NCBI GenBank assembly: GCA_951406725.2 | Contig: OX597820.1 | Coordinates: 72,664,001 to 72,728,000, forward strand | Length of the DNA stretch: 64,000 bases | Direction of reading: 5' to 3' | Origin: Octopus vulgaris | Taxonomy: Eukaryota | Shown here: positions 26,819-40,800 of the stretch, piece by piece | Position numbering within the stretch: the stretch's first letter is position 1 | Layout of the letters: each line of letters begins with the position of its first letter | The notes under the pieces: generated by a model | Databases searched by the model: none | Seen by the model: only the letters and a program-made list of their open reading frames with translations | Told to the model about the DNA's origin: nothing | Program-made: the position numbers and the translations under genes

Positions 26819-28021
26819 AATAATAATAATAATATAAATGGGATGGTTGAGTAAAGGAAGGAGATATAGATGGTGGCAAGTACCAGGACATACCCTTGAG
26901 ATTCGAATGACATAATATAAGTGGCAGGATATTGCAAAGGTAGTAGGATTAAAGAGTGCGGAGGCGGGGAGTGACTAGTGAAAACCTGGGTATATATAGA
27001 GTTGGCGGTAGGACTACTGGATAGCAATGAAAGCAGAGACTGAAGGTTTCATATTGGCGGTACAAGACCAAAGCTTGCTCACAAAAAAAAAAAAAAAAAA
27101 AACTACCAGGCTTCAAGACAGTTCTAACCCTAAGTGCAGATTCTGCAACACATTTGACGAAACAATAGACCATCTCATCTCAGGATGTCCTGTACTGACA
27201 CCAAACGAAAATAAAAATCGCCATGATAGGGTAGGATAGTATTTACATTGGAAAATATGTAAACACTACAAAATCAGCACACGTGCTTATTGGTATAAAC
27301 ATCATCTTGAACCAGATGTTGAAGGTAAAAATGTCACTATCCTCTGGGATTTTCCAGTCAACACTAACAGAATAATCCAAACTAATCGACCAGACACAAT
27401 TATTAAAGACAGGGAAGAAAATACTTGTAGACTAACAGATGTAGGTGTTCCCACTGATAAAAATATATGTCAAGGAATTTGACAAACTAAGTAAATATAA
27501 GGACCTGGAAATTGGGTTAATGTTTACATCTTGACCCGAAATGAAAATCCAAAAAATAGACTGGAATAGGTGTGAAACAATGAGTAGGAAACGAATATGA
27601 AAAAAAAAAATTTGCGCGCAAATCAACGGGAGGGTGAGAAAAGGACATCGGAAAATTCATAAGATCCGAGCTTAACTCGGAACTTTGTAACTTTGTAACT
27701 TTTAGGAAAATAGGGTGAAATTTTATAGAAATTTTATACATTACGATTATAAAGAAATCTGTAGGGAAAATCTTTTCCAAGGGGGTAGGGAGAGGACTTC
27801 GGAAAATTCACAAGATTCGAATTTTTCCTGTTATTCCAAAATCACATTCAACTTTCTACACATACCCTAGCGTAGGACAACTACACTACGTAGTCTTTTT
27901 TTCTACCCACTTTCAATAATTCTTAATGTTTTGGCTTCATTTTTGTTTCATTTTATCTTCAGTTATTTTTACAATATTTTTAACCCTTCCGTCGTTAATC
28001 TCATTCACTCGTTATTACTCT

Positions 28022-28114
28022 CTATATATATATATAGAGAGAGAGAGACATATAGATAGATAGATACATACATACATACATACATATATATATATATATA
28101 GATACATACATACA

Positions 28115-28148
<34 letters not shown>

Positions 28149-28269
28149 GATACATACATACATACATAGATACATACATACATACATATATAGATACATA
28201 CATACATACATATATAGATACATACATACATACATACATAGATACATACATACATACATGCATATATAG

Positions 28270-28300
<31 letters not shown>

Positions 28301-28302
28301 GA

Positions 28303-28336
<34 letters not shown>

Positions 28337-28577
28337 GATAGATACATACATACATACATATATAGATAGATAGATACATACATACATACATATATAGATA
28401 CATACATACATACATACATATATAGATAGATACATACATACATACATATATAGATACATACATACATACATATATAGATACATACATACATACATATATA
28501 GATACATACATACATACATATATAGATACATACATACATACATATATAGATACATACATACATACATATATAGATAC

Positions 28578-28642
<65 letters not shown>

Positions 28643-28645
28643 TAT
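28022..28645. repeat. Compound (ATAC)n/(ATAG) microsatellite with ~20-bp higher-order periodicity, at the inner end of the Merlin left TIR
   Basis: tatatagatacatacatacataca-type units repeated many times. Confidence 0.95.
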
Positions 28646-29173
28646 ATTAGAAGAAATTAAGTACTCAGAAATATATATATACATACATATACAGACACGT
28701 TTCCGAAGAAATCTTTTTTAAAACATGCACTTTTGAAGATGAGGCACAAAACTGCATCAGCTCCATTTCTTTACAAATATTTTAAGATGACATTTTGCAG
28801 AGTGTGTATTATACATTAGATTGAAAAATCAAAGAAGTTTGAACAGAATAATAACCGAACACCGAAGTTATAAATCCCAAAACGAAGTTATAAAAATTAG
28901 TGGTAACGATGTCTGGAGAAAAAAAAAGCCATGATAGTGTTTGTGTGAAACAAGTTAAAGTGTATTAAAACAATATCTTTTACATACCTACTAGAATTAC
29001 TGGATATATAAGCCCTAAGATGCAAAACAGTTTTGAAATGGCATCAAGTGCTTCCACTTTCCTTTAGCAATTTTTCGCGCCCAAATTTTAAACGGGTAAC
29101 TAGTACTCTTCGATCTCGTGTGGAGAGAGAAGATGTGTTTTGTCATTTATGTACTTGTTTTGGGGCTGTTACA

Positions 29174-29235
<62 letters not shown>

Positions 29236-29520
29236 TATGCACATTTTCAAATAATTTCAGGGAAGTGGGGTTCCAGATTCCTATTCTATGCTTTTTTTTT
29301 TTTCGAAGAAAAATTAGGGGTTTGCGGAACAATAAGAGGTATGGGTATGTAATTACATGCGAGAAATCCGAGGGGTTTTTGTTTTTCATGAACTGCGTGG
29401 AGGTGCATCTGTAAAAATTTATCCGAATGGTTTCATAAATATGGTGTTGAATATCGTTTCATGATAAATTTAAGGGTGATTGAATATCAACACTTCCGTC
29501 ATACCAATTCTTTCGTGTCC

Positions 29521-30465
29521 TCAGAAACATGGGTACAGTCTTCCAGCTCCCAAAAGAAACTTATAAAGTCGCTGAGTTGGCCGTGAGATGGTCCGTATAA
29601 AAATTAACCTATCGACATACTGTTTGAGATACATCGGTCTCATTCCGGGACGATCAATGCCCTTTTTCAGGCTTCCCCATAAACGCTCAATATTCTGAGT
29701 GTGAATAGCTGGGTTATGGGGATCCACAAAGTGTTTACCGTGATTAACTTGATAGTACGTATAATCCCATGCTGCTCAAGTTACTATACGCACGCCAACG
29801 CTCACTATAAATAATTGATCCCGGGCTGACGTAGCATCTAATGATAGGAATGAGGGTGTCAGCATCACTTCTGTTGCCCTCACCACATTAGGTCAAAAGT
29901 GGGACCACAAATGCTCTCTTCGTCAAGCGTTCCAGTCCACCAAAAAGCCAAACCGTTTTGATTATTCTGCCGCGTTAATATTTTCGATGGACCAGAACCG
30001 TTTCATCGATCCCAATTTCGACCCCAATTCCTCCGATCATATTTTAGTGGTTTTCTGCCGAAAACTGGCAGATCTCAGCACAGAAAGACCGCCAATCTAC
30101 TAAGGTTTTACGGCAGAATCCAAGATTTTCCTCGATTAATCTGTGCGACCAAGCTGCACTGAGGAAGTGGTTCACGAAAAGCAAAATCTTCGAAGGCGGA
30201 ACATGGGTGTTTTTTAGAAAGGAGTTCTCAATAAAGATTCAAAATATCCACACTCCCTTCTGGATTGGCGACGTCGTCGTACAATCCTAAGGCAACCCCA
30301 CATGTTCGTTCCCTTGCGCAAAATACATGGAAAATTACATGGACTACTGTGGGCAAACGGCAAGACACCATGTTCAATGAAAAATGTAATGGCAGTATTA
30401 TTTTTACCGTGGAAACGGAGAACTCCTCTATAAAGAGTGACATTGCAATAGTCGCAGAGAGCCAT
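29521..30465 (-). pseudogene. Merlin/ISXO2-type DDE transposase pseudogene
   Basis: Minus strand reads IGGIGVEIGIDETVLVHRKY*RGRIIKTVWLFGGLER, SERWRAY, VNHGKHFVDP and HTQNIERLWGSLK, with a Cys-rich N-terminus. Stops and frameshifts are present. Confidence 0.9.
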
Positions 30466-32099
30466 AGTGTTAGAGCAAAATTAGGATTTTGTGTCTGTGC
30501 GCGCACGTATTTAAGAGAGAAAGGGAGAAATAGTGAGTGAAGGTGATGATGGATGTCTTTTAAGGAACATACTCATATAGAAAATGTGACGTCATCATGG
30601 TCGTCGTATAAAATGATACGTGAACATCGACAACTTTGTTTTGGAATGCATAAGGAATATATGAACCCTGAAAAACTCCAAAATTGATCCACACACCCCT
30701 CCCTACTCAGCAATAAAGGGTGCGCGGGCGCAACAATCTTTGTGGCTCACAGAAAATGAACGGCTAAAACAAGTGAAACAGCATGTTATACATACCTGTT
30801 GCATACGTCGGGCTTGTTTTTGTTTTGTTTTTTTGCTTTAAAGGCAGCGATTCTCATAAAAGCAAACACGATATTGAATAATTCTCCGTCATACGTCTGC
30901 TAAAAACTTTAACATACTTCCAAAATGGGACTTCGTCTATGTTTATCTATGTGTGTCTATGTGTGTGTGTGTGTGTGTGTGGATGTATGTACATATGTAT
31001 ATATATGTATCTACCTCTCTCTTTCTATATATATATAGATAGAGAGAGAGAGAAAGTAATAACGAGTGAATGAGAATAATGACGGAAGGGTTAAAAAGTG
31101 TAAAAATTATTGAAGATAAAATGAAACAAAATTCAAGCCAAAACGTAATAAATTATTGAAAGTGGGTAGAAAAAAACACTACGTAGTGTAGTAATACTGC
31201 GCAATGGTATCTGTAGAAAGATGAATGTGATTTCGGAATATAAAGAGGAAAAATTCGAATCTTGGGAATTTTCCGAAGTCCTTGGAAAAGATTTTCCCCA
31301 CAAATTTCTTTATAATCCTGATGTATGCCGTTTGAAAGGAATTTCTATAAAATTTCATTGTAAATAACCCCATTTTCCTAAAAGTTACAAAAGAAAAGCT
31401 TGGATCTTGTGAATTATCCGAAGTCCTCTCCCCACCCTCTTGGAAAAGATTCTCACCTCAAATTTCTTTATAATCATAATGTATGCCGTTAGAAAGGTAT
31501 TTCTATAAAATTTCATTGAAAAAAACCCCATTTTCCTAAAAGTTACAAAAGGAAAGCTTGGATCTTGTGAATTTTCCGAAGTACTCCCCCCCCCCCCGTT
31601 GCTTTGCGTGCATTTTTTTTTCATATTCATTTCCTATACATTGTTTCACACCCATTCCAGTATATTTTTGGGATTTTCATTTCCAGGTCAAAATGTAAAC
31701 ATTAACTGGAAACGGTTAGGAAATTGAAATACAAAAGATGTGCTATCTTAAAATGAGAACTGTTCCTGTTATTGTGGGTGCCCTAGGTATGATAAAAAAA
31801 GGGATGTCAGAAACATCTAAATAAGATCCCAGGAGAACCATGTCTTAGAGAAATCCAAAAGATCGTGCTAACAAGTACTGCCCACATCCTTAGAAAAATC
31901 CTATCCATTTAAATGTCTGCGTTATATTACATGAAGATATTTCACTACTTCCCTTCCCCAAGCTTTCAGTCATACTATAACATCTCTTATCCTTCATTCA
32001 CCCCAGGATGTTGGATGTGTCTTGGCAAGTGACTGTAACAAAGATGTAAATTAAAAGTAAAAATGATAATAATAATAATAATAAATGATAATAATAATG

Positions 32100-32153
<54 letters not shown>

Positions 32154-32156
<3 letters not shown>

Positions 32157-32702
32157 GCCCTGATGCAGTACCAGGCAGTGGCTCTCGTGGCTTCTGATCT
32201 TAACTGATTGGAAGTGTTATCATGTACATTGTTTTGTCTTGGTATAAAAGATGGGCTACAGCAAATATTCTGCTCAATACTACAGATTTGCTTGTCAGTT
32301 GTTTGACCGTAACCAGTTGACCATGTCTCTTATTGGCTGACGATATGTGCATCTCTGATCACAAGCAGAAGTAGTGGGAGAGCATCGTAGCCATATGTTG
32401 AGAGGGATTCTTTGGGGTTTGAATAATTCACTTCTGGAAACATGGGTGTTTCGTTCAACATACTTAAACAACCCTTATTATTTGAGCGGGATGGGTTTCT
32501 TGACCAGAAGAAAATTGTAACTGGGCCCCACCTGCAAGGTCATGTGCTGTTTATCTTGATATGAAATCACCATGTCGCGCACATATGATTATGGTGCATG
32601 TGCCTAGTGTACCCTTATCAGATGGGTAGTCATGATGGGTATACTGGGCTTCGTATATTTTACCCCAGTGTCACTTTGATGGCATGTACTGCTCTCTCAC
32701 TC
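32154..32702 (+). mobile_element. Unclassified ~550-bp retroposed repeat embedded in (AAT)n; short 3' copy at 36025-36085
   Basis: (AAT)n lies on both sides. The 3' block gtagtcatgatg..tatactgggcttc.tatattttaccccagtgtcact...caataataat recurs at 36025-36100. Confidence 0.6.
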
Positions 32703-32770
<68 letters not shown>

Positions 32771-33297
32771 TATTTGTCTTAATCAGTAAAGGCAATGACA
32801 ATCCTTCACAAGAAGCAACAGTAGGAACTAAATCACCCCTGACAGTAATTCCACTCTGTCTCTTTATGAAGATGGGCCTAAATGGATATTGAAGGGTATC
32901 AGCAGACTGTTATGATAAAGGTATAAAAAGAGTTAAAGCCAACATCTAAATATAGCAACAGAAAGAGTGAGGAATGGAACATTGCAGGGAAAAGAAATGG
33001 AGATAGTCCCTGGAGAGGAGTCAATCTCTACAAAAGGGAACTCATCTCAACAGAGAAGAAATAGAACTTCAACTAGCTCGAAATGGGGTTTGTAAACATT
33101 CAAAAGGTCAATAATGGGTGCAAAAGAATTCTAGTACTCTTAGAGTAAGTGTGTTAGGATGTCCCAAATAAAGTGCTGACTGAGCAGGAGATGGCATAAA
33201 AAAATATTAGTAAAATTTTCCAAATGTACTTATATCATTTTACATGTCATCTATCCACATGATTACTCTAGAATTACCAATATCATACATTCTTTAA

Positions 33298-33530
33298 GGC
33301 AGAGAGCTTGCAGAAACGTTAGTATGCCAGGCAAAATGCTTAGTAGTATTTCGTTTGTCTTTACGTTCTGAGTTCAAATTCTGCCAAAGTTGACTTTGCC
33401 TTTCATCCTTTCAGGGTTGATAAATTAAGTACTAGTTACGCACTGGGGTTGATGTAATCGACTTGATTCTTTTGTCTGTCCTTGTTTGTCCCCTCTCTGT
33501 TTAGCCCCTTGTGGGCAATAAAGAAATAAG
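33298..33530 (+). mobile_element. SINE family B copy with AATAAAGAAA tail. Other B copies: ~3140-3310-, 15049-15235+, 17155-17360+, 20296-20530-, 33955-34160+, 37361-37572-, 37815-38030-, 38050-38260-, 43018-43225-, 53950-54090+
   Basis: Same head, B box (GAGTTCAAATTC) and GCCTTTCATCCTTTC.GGGT.GATAAA.TAAGTAC block. Confidence 0.85.
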
Positions 33531-34289
33531 AAACATTCAAATTCTACCAAAGGATGTAAACAAACACTTGTTGGTCAAGTGGTGGTGGAGACAAACACTA
33601 ATACAAAAACACACTCATTTACCCCCCCCCCCCCCAAACACACACATACATACATGCACATACACACAAAACAGGCTTCTTTCAATTTCCATCTACCAAG
33701 TTCACTCACAAGGCTTCGGTTGGCCAGGGCTATTGAAGACTGTATCTGCCTAAGGTGCAATGCAGTGTGTAACATGTCTTGTGTTACTTATATTCCAAGT
33801 TCTAATCCTGCTGAAGGGGGTCAGCTTTGTCTTTCAGCATTGTGAGATCAATAAAACAAAGTGGTCAAGTAGTGGAGTCCCCATAACTAATTCTTACCTT
33901 CCCTGCATTTGAAACCTTGTCTCTTTTTCATAAGTCATTATTCATTGCATTACAAAGGTGATGAGCTGCCAGAGTCATTAGCACACCAGGTAAAATACTT
34001 AGTGGCATTTTATCTGTCTTTACTTTCTCAGTTCAAATTTCACAGAGGTCAACCTTGCCTTTCATCCTTTAAGGGGTTGATAAAATAAGCACCAGTTGAT
34101 CACCAGGGTCAATATAATCAAAGTCCTCAAAATTACTGGTCTTCTGCCAAAATTTGAAATCAATATTCATTACATTACCACAAAGCCACACACACAACAT
34201 ATATAGATACATACATACATATACATTATATATATATATGTATATATATGTACATATATATATATATGTACATACATATATATACATAC

Positions 34290-34342
<53 letters not shown>

Positions 34343-34400
34343 AACACATATATATACACACATGTATATACACACACACACATATATATACACATATATA

Positions 34401-34455
<55 letters not shown>

Positions 34456-36105
34456 TGTATTTGTAAGTGCACAGTCAATTCAATCAACCAAAACACATGG
34501 GTCTTTGGGCTGATTGAATTGTATATATAGTATCACGTTGTTGACCACAAACCAAGAGATTTGTCCATAACAGCAACAACAACAAGAGCCACGATAATGT
34601 TTATAATAAGAAAAGAAAAAAATGTAAGAAAAAACTTCTAGCAAACCATTCATATCTAAGCAGAAAACAAATTGTACTCTTATAAAGTTCTTACATTCTT
34701 AGAAATATGATTTCAATTAAAGCCATTTCACTTCACATACATCGCTATTGCCTCTTGGAAAAACCTGAACATTCAATTTCCTCTTTGCTTTTTCTAAAAA
34801 GATGAAAACTTGTTAATTAAATAAATGTATGACTACTTACACAAACCAAATATCTGTAAGGAGTCACGAAATAACAAACAAGAACAGCAACAACAGCAAT
34901 AATAATAATAATAGTATTAATAATAACAATGACAATGATGATGATGGTGATGCTAGTAAGAATAAGAATGTCTTTAATAACCATGGGGCTTATAAATATA
35001 TAAAAGGAAAACTTTAAAGCATAGTTTGTAGAACATGTTAGAGATGAACAAAACAAATTTCTATAAAAATCTGATAAGGATTATAGAACACAAAATGAAT
35101 ATATTTTTATATAAAATACTCTAATTAAAACAAAATATAATTTCAAACAATTCAAACAATTAAAACAGAACAATGTTAATTGCATACATACAGCAATGGG
35201 AAAAACTCATCAGCTATGTGCTCAAACTTTGTATATCTGCTACATGATGTATTGAAATGAGATATACTATAAAAAGTCTGTTAGCATTTTCATATTGGTT
35301 GTAGTAAAAAGCATTCATTGTCCTCTATGCATTTGTGTTTTATACTGTAGTAGACCATACATGAGGTCTTCACCTGAGTTCTGTCTTTTGCTTATATCTT
35401 GGATATTGACCCAAAATCTTCCTTATCAAATGGGACACTGTCATCATCATCACCATCATCATCGTCGTTTAGCATCCATTTTCCATGCTGTCGTAGGTTG
35501 GATGGTTTGACTGGGTACTGGCTCCAATCTGATCTGGCAATGCTTCAATCACCAAGCTCCAATCTGATCTGGCAATGCTTCTACAGCTGGATGCCCTTCC
35601 TAACGTCAACCACTCAGAGAGTGTAGTGACTGCTTTTTACATACCACTGGCATGGGAGCCAGTCGGGCAGTACAGGCATCGGCTGCGTTTGGATGGTGCT
35701 TTTTACGTGCTACTGGCACAGGAGCCAGTCAGGGCATGGGGCTAGCATTGACCACGTTCGGATAGTGCTTTTTATGTGCCACTGGCATAGGGAGTTAGTC
35801 AGGTGATCGATTTTTAAATACTCAACTTGTTTATCAAGGACCCTTTAGAGTTTAGTAGACTGTGAACTTTATGCTATTTCATTGGATGGGATGGGATCCT
35901 CTTTTTCAGGAAGTAAATTTATTCTCTCTGAAACAGGAAAAATGATCCACTAATAAAGAGCTACATTTCTACCAAAAAGTTCACAGAAGTGGCTCTGTGG
36001 TAAGTAGCTTGCTTACCAACCATTATCAGATGTGTAGTCATGATGTATATACTGGGCTTCATATATTTTACCCCAGTGTCACTCAATAATAATAATAATA
36101 ATATG

Positions 36106-37360
36106 TTTCTTTATTAGCCACACAGGGCTGCACACAGATAGAACAAATTACAAGGTAGAGCTTTTCTTTTGAAGGGTTAGGAAAAAAAAAAAAAAAAAAA
36201 AGGAAGGGGGAGTTTCGATCAAAAGGGATCGTAAAAGGAGAGAAAGAGGACAAAAAAGGGGGGTTAAAAAAAAGGGGGGAGGAAAAAAAAATTGATCAAT
36301 AGGGATCGTTATCACAGAAATGTCAATATGAAGTGTAAAGGGGAGGACAGGTGAGGTTTACCCGTGGAAAGAAAAGCCTACGGAAAAGACCACGGTAACC
36401 TCGGTCAATGAAGTCACATTTTATATTTCTTTTTTTTTTTTTTTTTTTTTTGCAAATAAGCAACTCTCTGTTTTCGATTTCTGGGTTCATAGGACTATGC
36501 TCAAGGTGGCTTCGTCATTCATACGTGCCATTCTTGCTACATTCACCCATCTTTTTTAAAACATTCGCTAGACAAAACTTGCCTCTCTACTCTCACTTTC
36601 CTTTTCAAGTGGTACTTGAAGAAGTTGATGAGAGATTGACCAGAGAGGAAAGTGTTTGTCTCCAATCCTTTCAGACGCGTCCACCAGATACATTCTTTCG
36701 CCATAGCCACAAGGATGATGAAAATAGCTCTTCCTTCCCGTTTGAAGGAAGGAGGCGTGACAATATTGACGATAGACTCAGCTGATAAACCGACTCGTCC
36801 CACACGTGACAGCAGTTGTTCAACACAAGCCCACAGGTCGGAAATTGTTGGACACTGAACGAGTGCGTGCAGAACGGTTTCGTCGCTCTGACCGCATCTC
36901 GGGCAGGTCGGCCCCGTGTTTCTCGAGCCGTGTCTGTAGAGCTTATCCCGAACGGGTAGCGCTTCTCGGTAGCACTGCCAGGCCAGGGATCTCTGGAAGT
37001 TGTCCATGGGCCCTGGCCCGAAAGTCGTCCTGAACAGGCGGGTCAGGTACTCCTCGTCGACGTCCAGGTTCGCCCCGAGCTCGTCGTCGTACCTCCCCTC
37101 CACTAAACCCCTATAGAATGCTTTGGTTGTGTTGAAGTCACTTAAGGTCGACCCAGGACGGCAGAGTTGCTTGAGAGCAACGCGACACTCGCGGTGCCAT
37201 TCGCCCTTCCTCGGCCTCTTTTTGATCCACGACTGCAGTTCGGTCATGGAGACGAGCTGCGGGAAAGCGTGCCTCACAAACGGCGACCACACCTGTTCAC
37301 CGTCGTCTACATAGAGCCAGAGATGTCGCAGTCTCAGCGCGTGTCTGCGCATCATCAACA
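36106..37360 (-). mobile_element. 5'-truncated Tx1/L1-clade LINE (ORF2 C-terminus + 3' UTR), inserted in a SINE tail
   Basis: GC-rich relative to its surroundings. Encodes LAWQCYREALPVRDKL and a CCHC zf-RVT finger CPRCGQSDETVLHALVQC (36852-36905). T-rich 3' UTR ending AATAAAGAAAC. TTTCT occurs at both junctions (36106, 37361). Confidence 0.85.
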
Positions 37361-37569
37361 TTTCTACTAAAAGTACAAGGCCTGAAATTTTGAGGGAGGG
37401 GACTAGTCGATTACATCGACCCAAGTGCTTCACTGGTACTTAATTTATCAACCCTGAAATGATGAAAGGTGCAGTCAACTTCAGCAGAATTTGAATTCAG
37501 ATCATAAAGATGGATGAAATGCTGCGAAGCGTTTTCCCAGATGGCAAGTGATTCTGCTAGTTTGCCGCC

Positions 37570-37624
<55 letters not shown>

Positions 37625-37763
37625 AGTTCTGTATTTAAGAGATGAGGAATTATGTACATTATTTACATTTTATTGATCGTGAAAGGATGAAAAGCATAGT
37701 CAGCTTTGGCAGAAGTTGAACTCAGATAATATGTCACTAAGCATTTCACCCAACATGCTAGTA

Positions 37764-37816
<53 letters not shown>

Positions 37817-40800
37817 CCTTTCTACTGAAAACACAAGATTTCATATTTGGCAGAAAGAATTAAGTCAATTGCATCAACCCCAGTGTGCAATGGGTACTTG
37901 TTTAATTGACCCCGAAAGGATGAAAGGCAAAATCGACTTTGGCAGAATTTGAACTTAGAACATAAAGACAGACGAAATACTGCTATGCATTTTGCCCGGC
38001 ATGCTAACGTTTCTGCCAGCTCGCTGCCTTAAAATAAACAAGATATTTTTTTCTACTCTAAGCACAAGGCTCAAAATTTTGGGGGAGTAGGGGCCAGTTG
38101 ATTAGATTGACTCCAGTTTCCAATTGGTACTTAATTTATCGACCCCAAAAGGATGAAAGGCAAAGTCAACCTCAGCAGAATTTGAACTCAGCACGTAAAG
38201 ACAAAATACTGCGATGCATTTCGCCTGGCATGCTAATGATTCTGCCAGCTCACTGCCTTAATTACAAGAATAATAATGATGATAATAATAGTAATGTTCT
38301 TATTGTCATTATTATTTAGTATAGAACTGTCAAAATGGGTTTACTTGATGTTTATGACAGCTATGAAAATTCTTAAACATATTACCTTTCACAGTGGACT
38401 TTTTTTTTTCCCCATTTAGATTTAATATAATATTGGTCATTCTGAATAAATAAACAAGGAAGGTGATATTTTTGTGGCTTCCATGTTTTTTTTTTGTTTT
38501 TTTTTTTTACTTTTCTTGTCTATGGAGATTTGTAAATAATAGCAACTGCACCAACGAAAAGATAACCTTCTCCAATACCCAAAAATAAAAACACTCAACA
38601 TGCAAATATTTGCTACAGAATAAATGGAAACCGTTTCTTTGTCATAACAAAATATGTATGAAAAACTACTCTCATAATGAAATAAAAGTAATTTTATTAG
38701 CGAAAACAAAAGCAGACACGTATGAGCTTCAACAGTGGATTTCAGTGAATTTTCCTTCCAGTGTCATTAATGATACAGAAAAATTGAATATGGGTGAGTT
38801 AACACATAAAAGCTCAGTATGATAGAGAAGGACTCATTTTGGGTGCTGTTGTATCTGACTGCGTTATTAGGGAGTGAGGGGAAATATCATGCACATAGGT
38901 GTGGGTGTGGCTGTGTGGTTAAGAAGCTTACTTTGTAACGAAGTGGTTTCAGGTTCAGTCCTACTGTGTGGCACTTTGGGCAACTGGCCAACCTAGTGGA
39001 TTTAGTAAATGGGAACAGTGAGGAAGCCTGTTATTTATACATGAGTATGTGGTATGTGTGTCATTCCCTTTGAAATTATGTTTGTGTGTCTGTGTTTGTC
39101 CCCCGCCAACATCGCTTGACAACCGATGCTGGTGTGTTTACATCCCCGTTCCCATGACTTAGCGGTTTAGCATAAGAGTCCGATAGAATAATTACTAGGC
39201 TTACAAAGAATAAGTCCTGGGGTTGATTTGTTCGACTAAAAGGCAGTGCTCCAGCATGGACACAGTCAAATGACTGAAACAAGTAAAAGAGTAAAAGAGT
39301 ATACCAACCATCAAAACAATTTTTAAAATGGCGAAAAAATTACATGTTGCCTCGTTTATCACTGATTCATCTATCACTCATCTGAGACAACATGGTATGT
39401 TCAATTGTGAGCTATGTTATGCTTATCATGCATTGCTCTGTGATAACATGGTTTGCTGATCAAAGAAAGGCTCTGTTTGTGCCATAAAAAAACATACCTC
39501 TGTGACTATCCACAGTACTCAGCCACTCAGAATGCACTGACTATCGTTCATGTTTACATGACTATGCTGCAAGTTTGCATATATTTCATACGAATTTACA
39601 TACTTGTACCTATCAATGTGTGACTATTAAACAGAAAAAAATATGAAGGTGGCCAATCTTAACAAACAAGTCGGATGAGTGTATTCTCTACAAGAAAAAG
39701 TTGAGATAAGAAAATATGTGATAGTAGAAGCTTTGTTACTGAGAGCCATGAGTTAGATATCAATAAATCTACTATTTGCTACATTTACAAATTGCATGAA
39801 AATTATTAATTTATCTCTGTAGTTTTTTGGAACTAAAACCACCTTGATAAACAAGGATAGGTATATTACCTAGATACTAAAAATAAAGGCAGATAGAATA
39901 AATCTGGATTGCAAAATGATTTTTAAACAAAGCTTTCTTCAATAAATTATTGATTTCTTACAATTTCTGACAGTTTCTACAATAAAATATTAAAATTATT
40001 TCCTGCAGCAGAATAATTGCTCATTTTAGGGAGACCATTAATTAGAATGATTCTATAATTCATTAAGGTTTGTTACTTGTAGCAATTTGACTCAGGTTTG
40101 CAAACTAATTATAAACCATTGACAAGCTACTTCAAATATATAACTGTAATAAAATTCTCTTTTGTTCATCAATTCCTCTTGTGTTTCCTCAAGCTAGAGT
40201 TTTTTTCATTATGGAAGATGGTAATAAAAACAAGAATGTTGAGAAAGTAGTGTAAGCCAAGCTGATTTTGTGCTGTCAGATAAAAGAATATATAAACAGA
40301 AAGAGCAGTTTTTAAAGCAGCATCAACAAAATCCATAGAACTATACACAATCACTTAGAGTTCCTAAACAAAATTCACCTTTAAGACACATTAAGAGAGC
40401 ATAATTCTGTAATCTCTGGATTTAGAAGTACCATAAGCATTATGGAAGGGGAAGTAAAAAATGCTTGAACACTGTGATATTGAAAAGGTTAAAGTTTGTT
40501 AGCTTTTTCACCAAAAATTGGTGGAGTATACATGTAAATGAACATTTATTTCTAATACAACATTACAAAACTCTTCCAGAAATATCAGTGACAATACTTT
40601 CTCTCCCACTACTTGTTATACACCATCTCTTTTTTTTTTTAATAATAATAATAATTTGATGATTTTTATAGAACTTTTTAGTTATCTGAATCTGTTTACC
40701 AGAAAACAAGACAATTCTAGGTGTTCTCTGCAAAAGCTACATAATGATGTTTGTGTGCATTCAGTTGTTTGAGAGCTAAATACTCCTCTGCAACAGCTCA

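Larger units (their letters stand above)
27515..31707 (-). mobile_element. Merlin (IS1016/ISXO2-like) DNA transposon with very long TIRs
   Basis: Left TIR starts GGTTAATGTTTACATCTTGACC; right end reads GGTCAAAATGTAAACATTAACT. Inverted similarity runs >500 bp (27515-~28050 vs ~31000-31707). The 8-mer GGAAATTG lies at 27507-27514 and 31719-31726. Confidence 0.88.
27020..32153 (+). mobile_element. 3' fragment of an R4/Dong-like RLE retrotransposon, split by the Merlin insertion (27020-27514 + 31719-32153)
   Basis: ETEGFILAVQDQ, CCHC finger CRFC..ETIDHLISGC, RHDRVG, WDF..NRPDTII..DVGVP..KLSKYKDLEI|EIQKM...VPVIVGALG. Ends TAHILRKILSI* (31912), then a 3' UTR and (AAT)n tail. Confidence 0.88.

Noticed and set aside
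28005-28684. 200+ aa ORFs rich in Y/I/C/V/M (also 13929-14635, 34069-34496, 58125-58910 and many more)
   Set aside because: Translations of stop-free (TA)/(TG)/(ATAC) microsatellites.
37361-37433. N-terminus of the 296-aa ORF 36543-37433
   Set aside because: The first ~24 codons come from the adjacent SINE B tail; this is a chance fusion to the truncated LINE frame.
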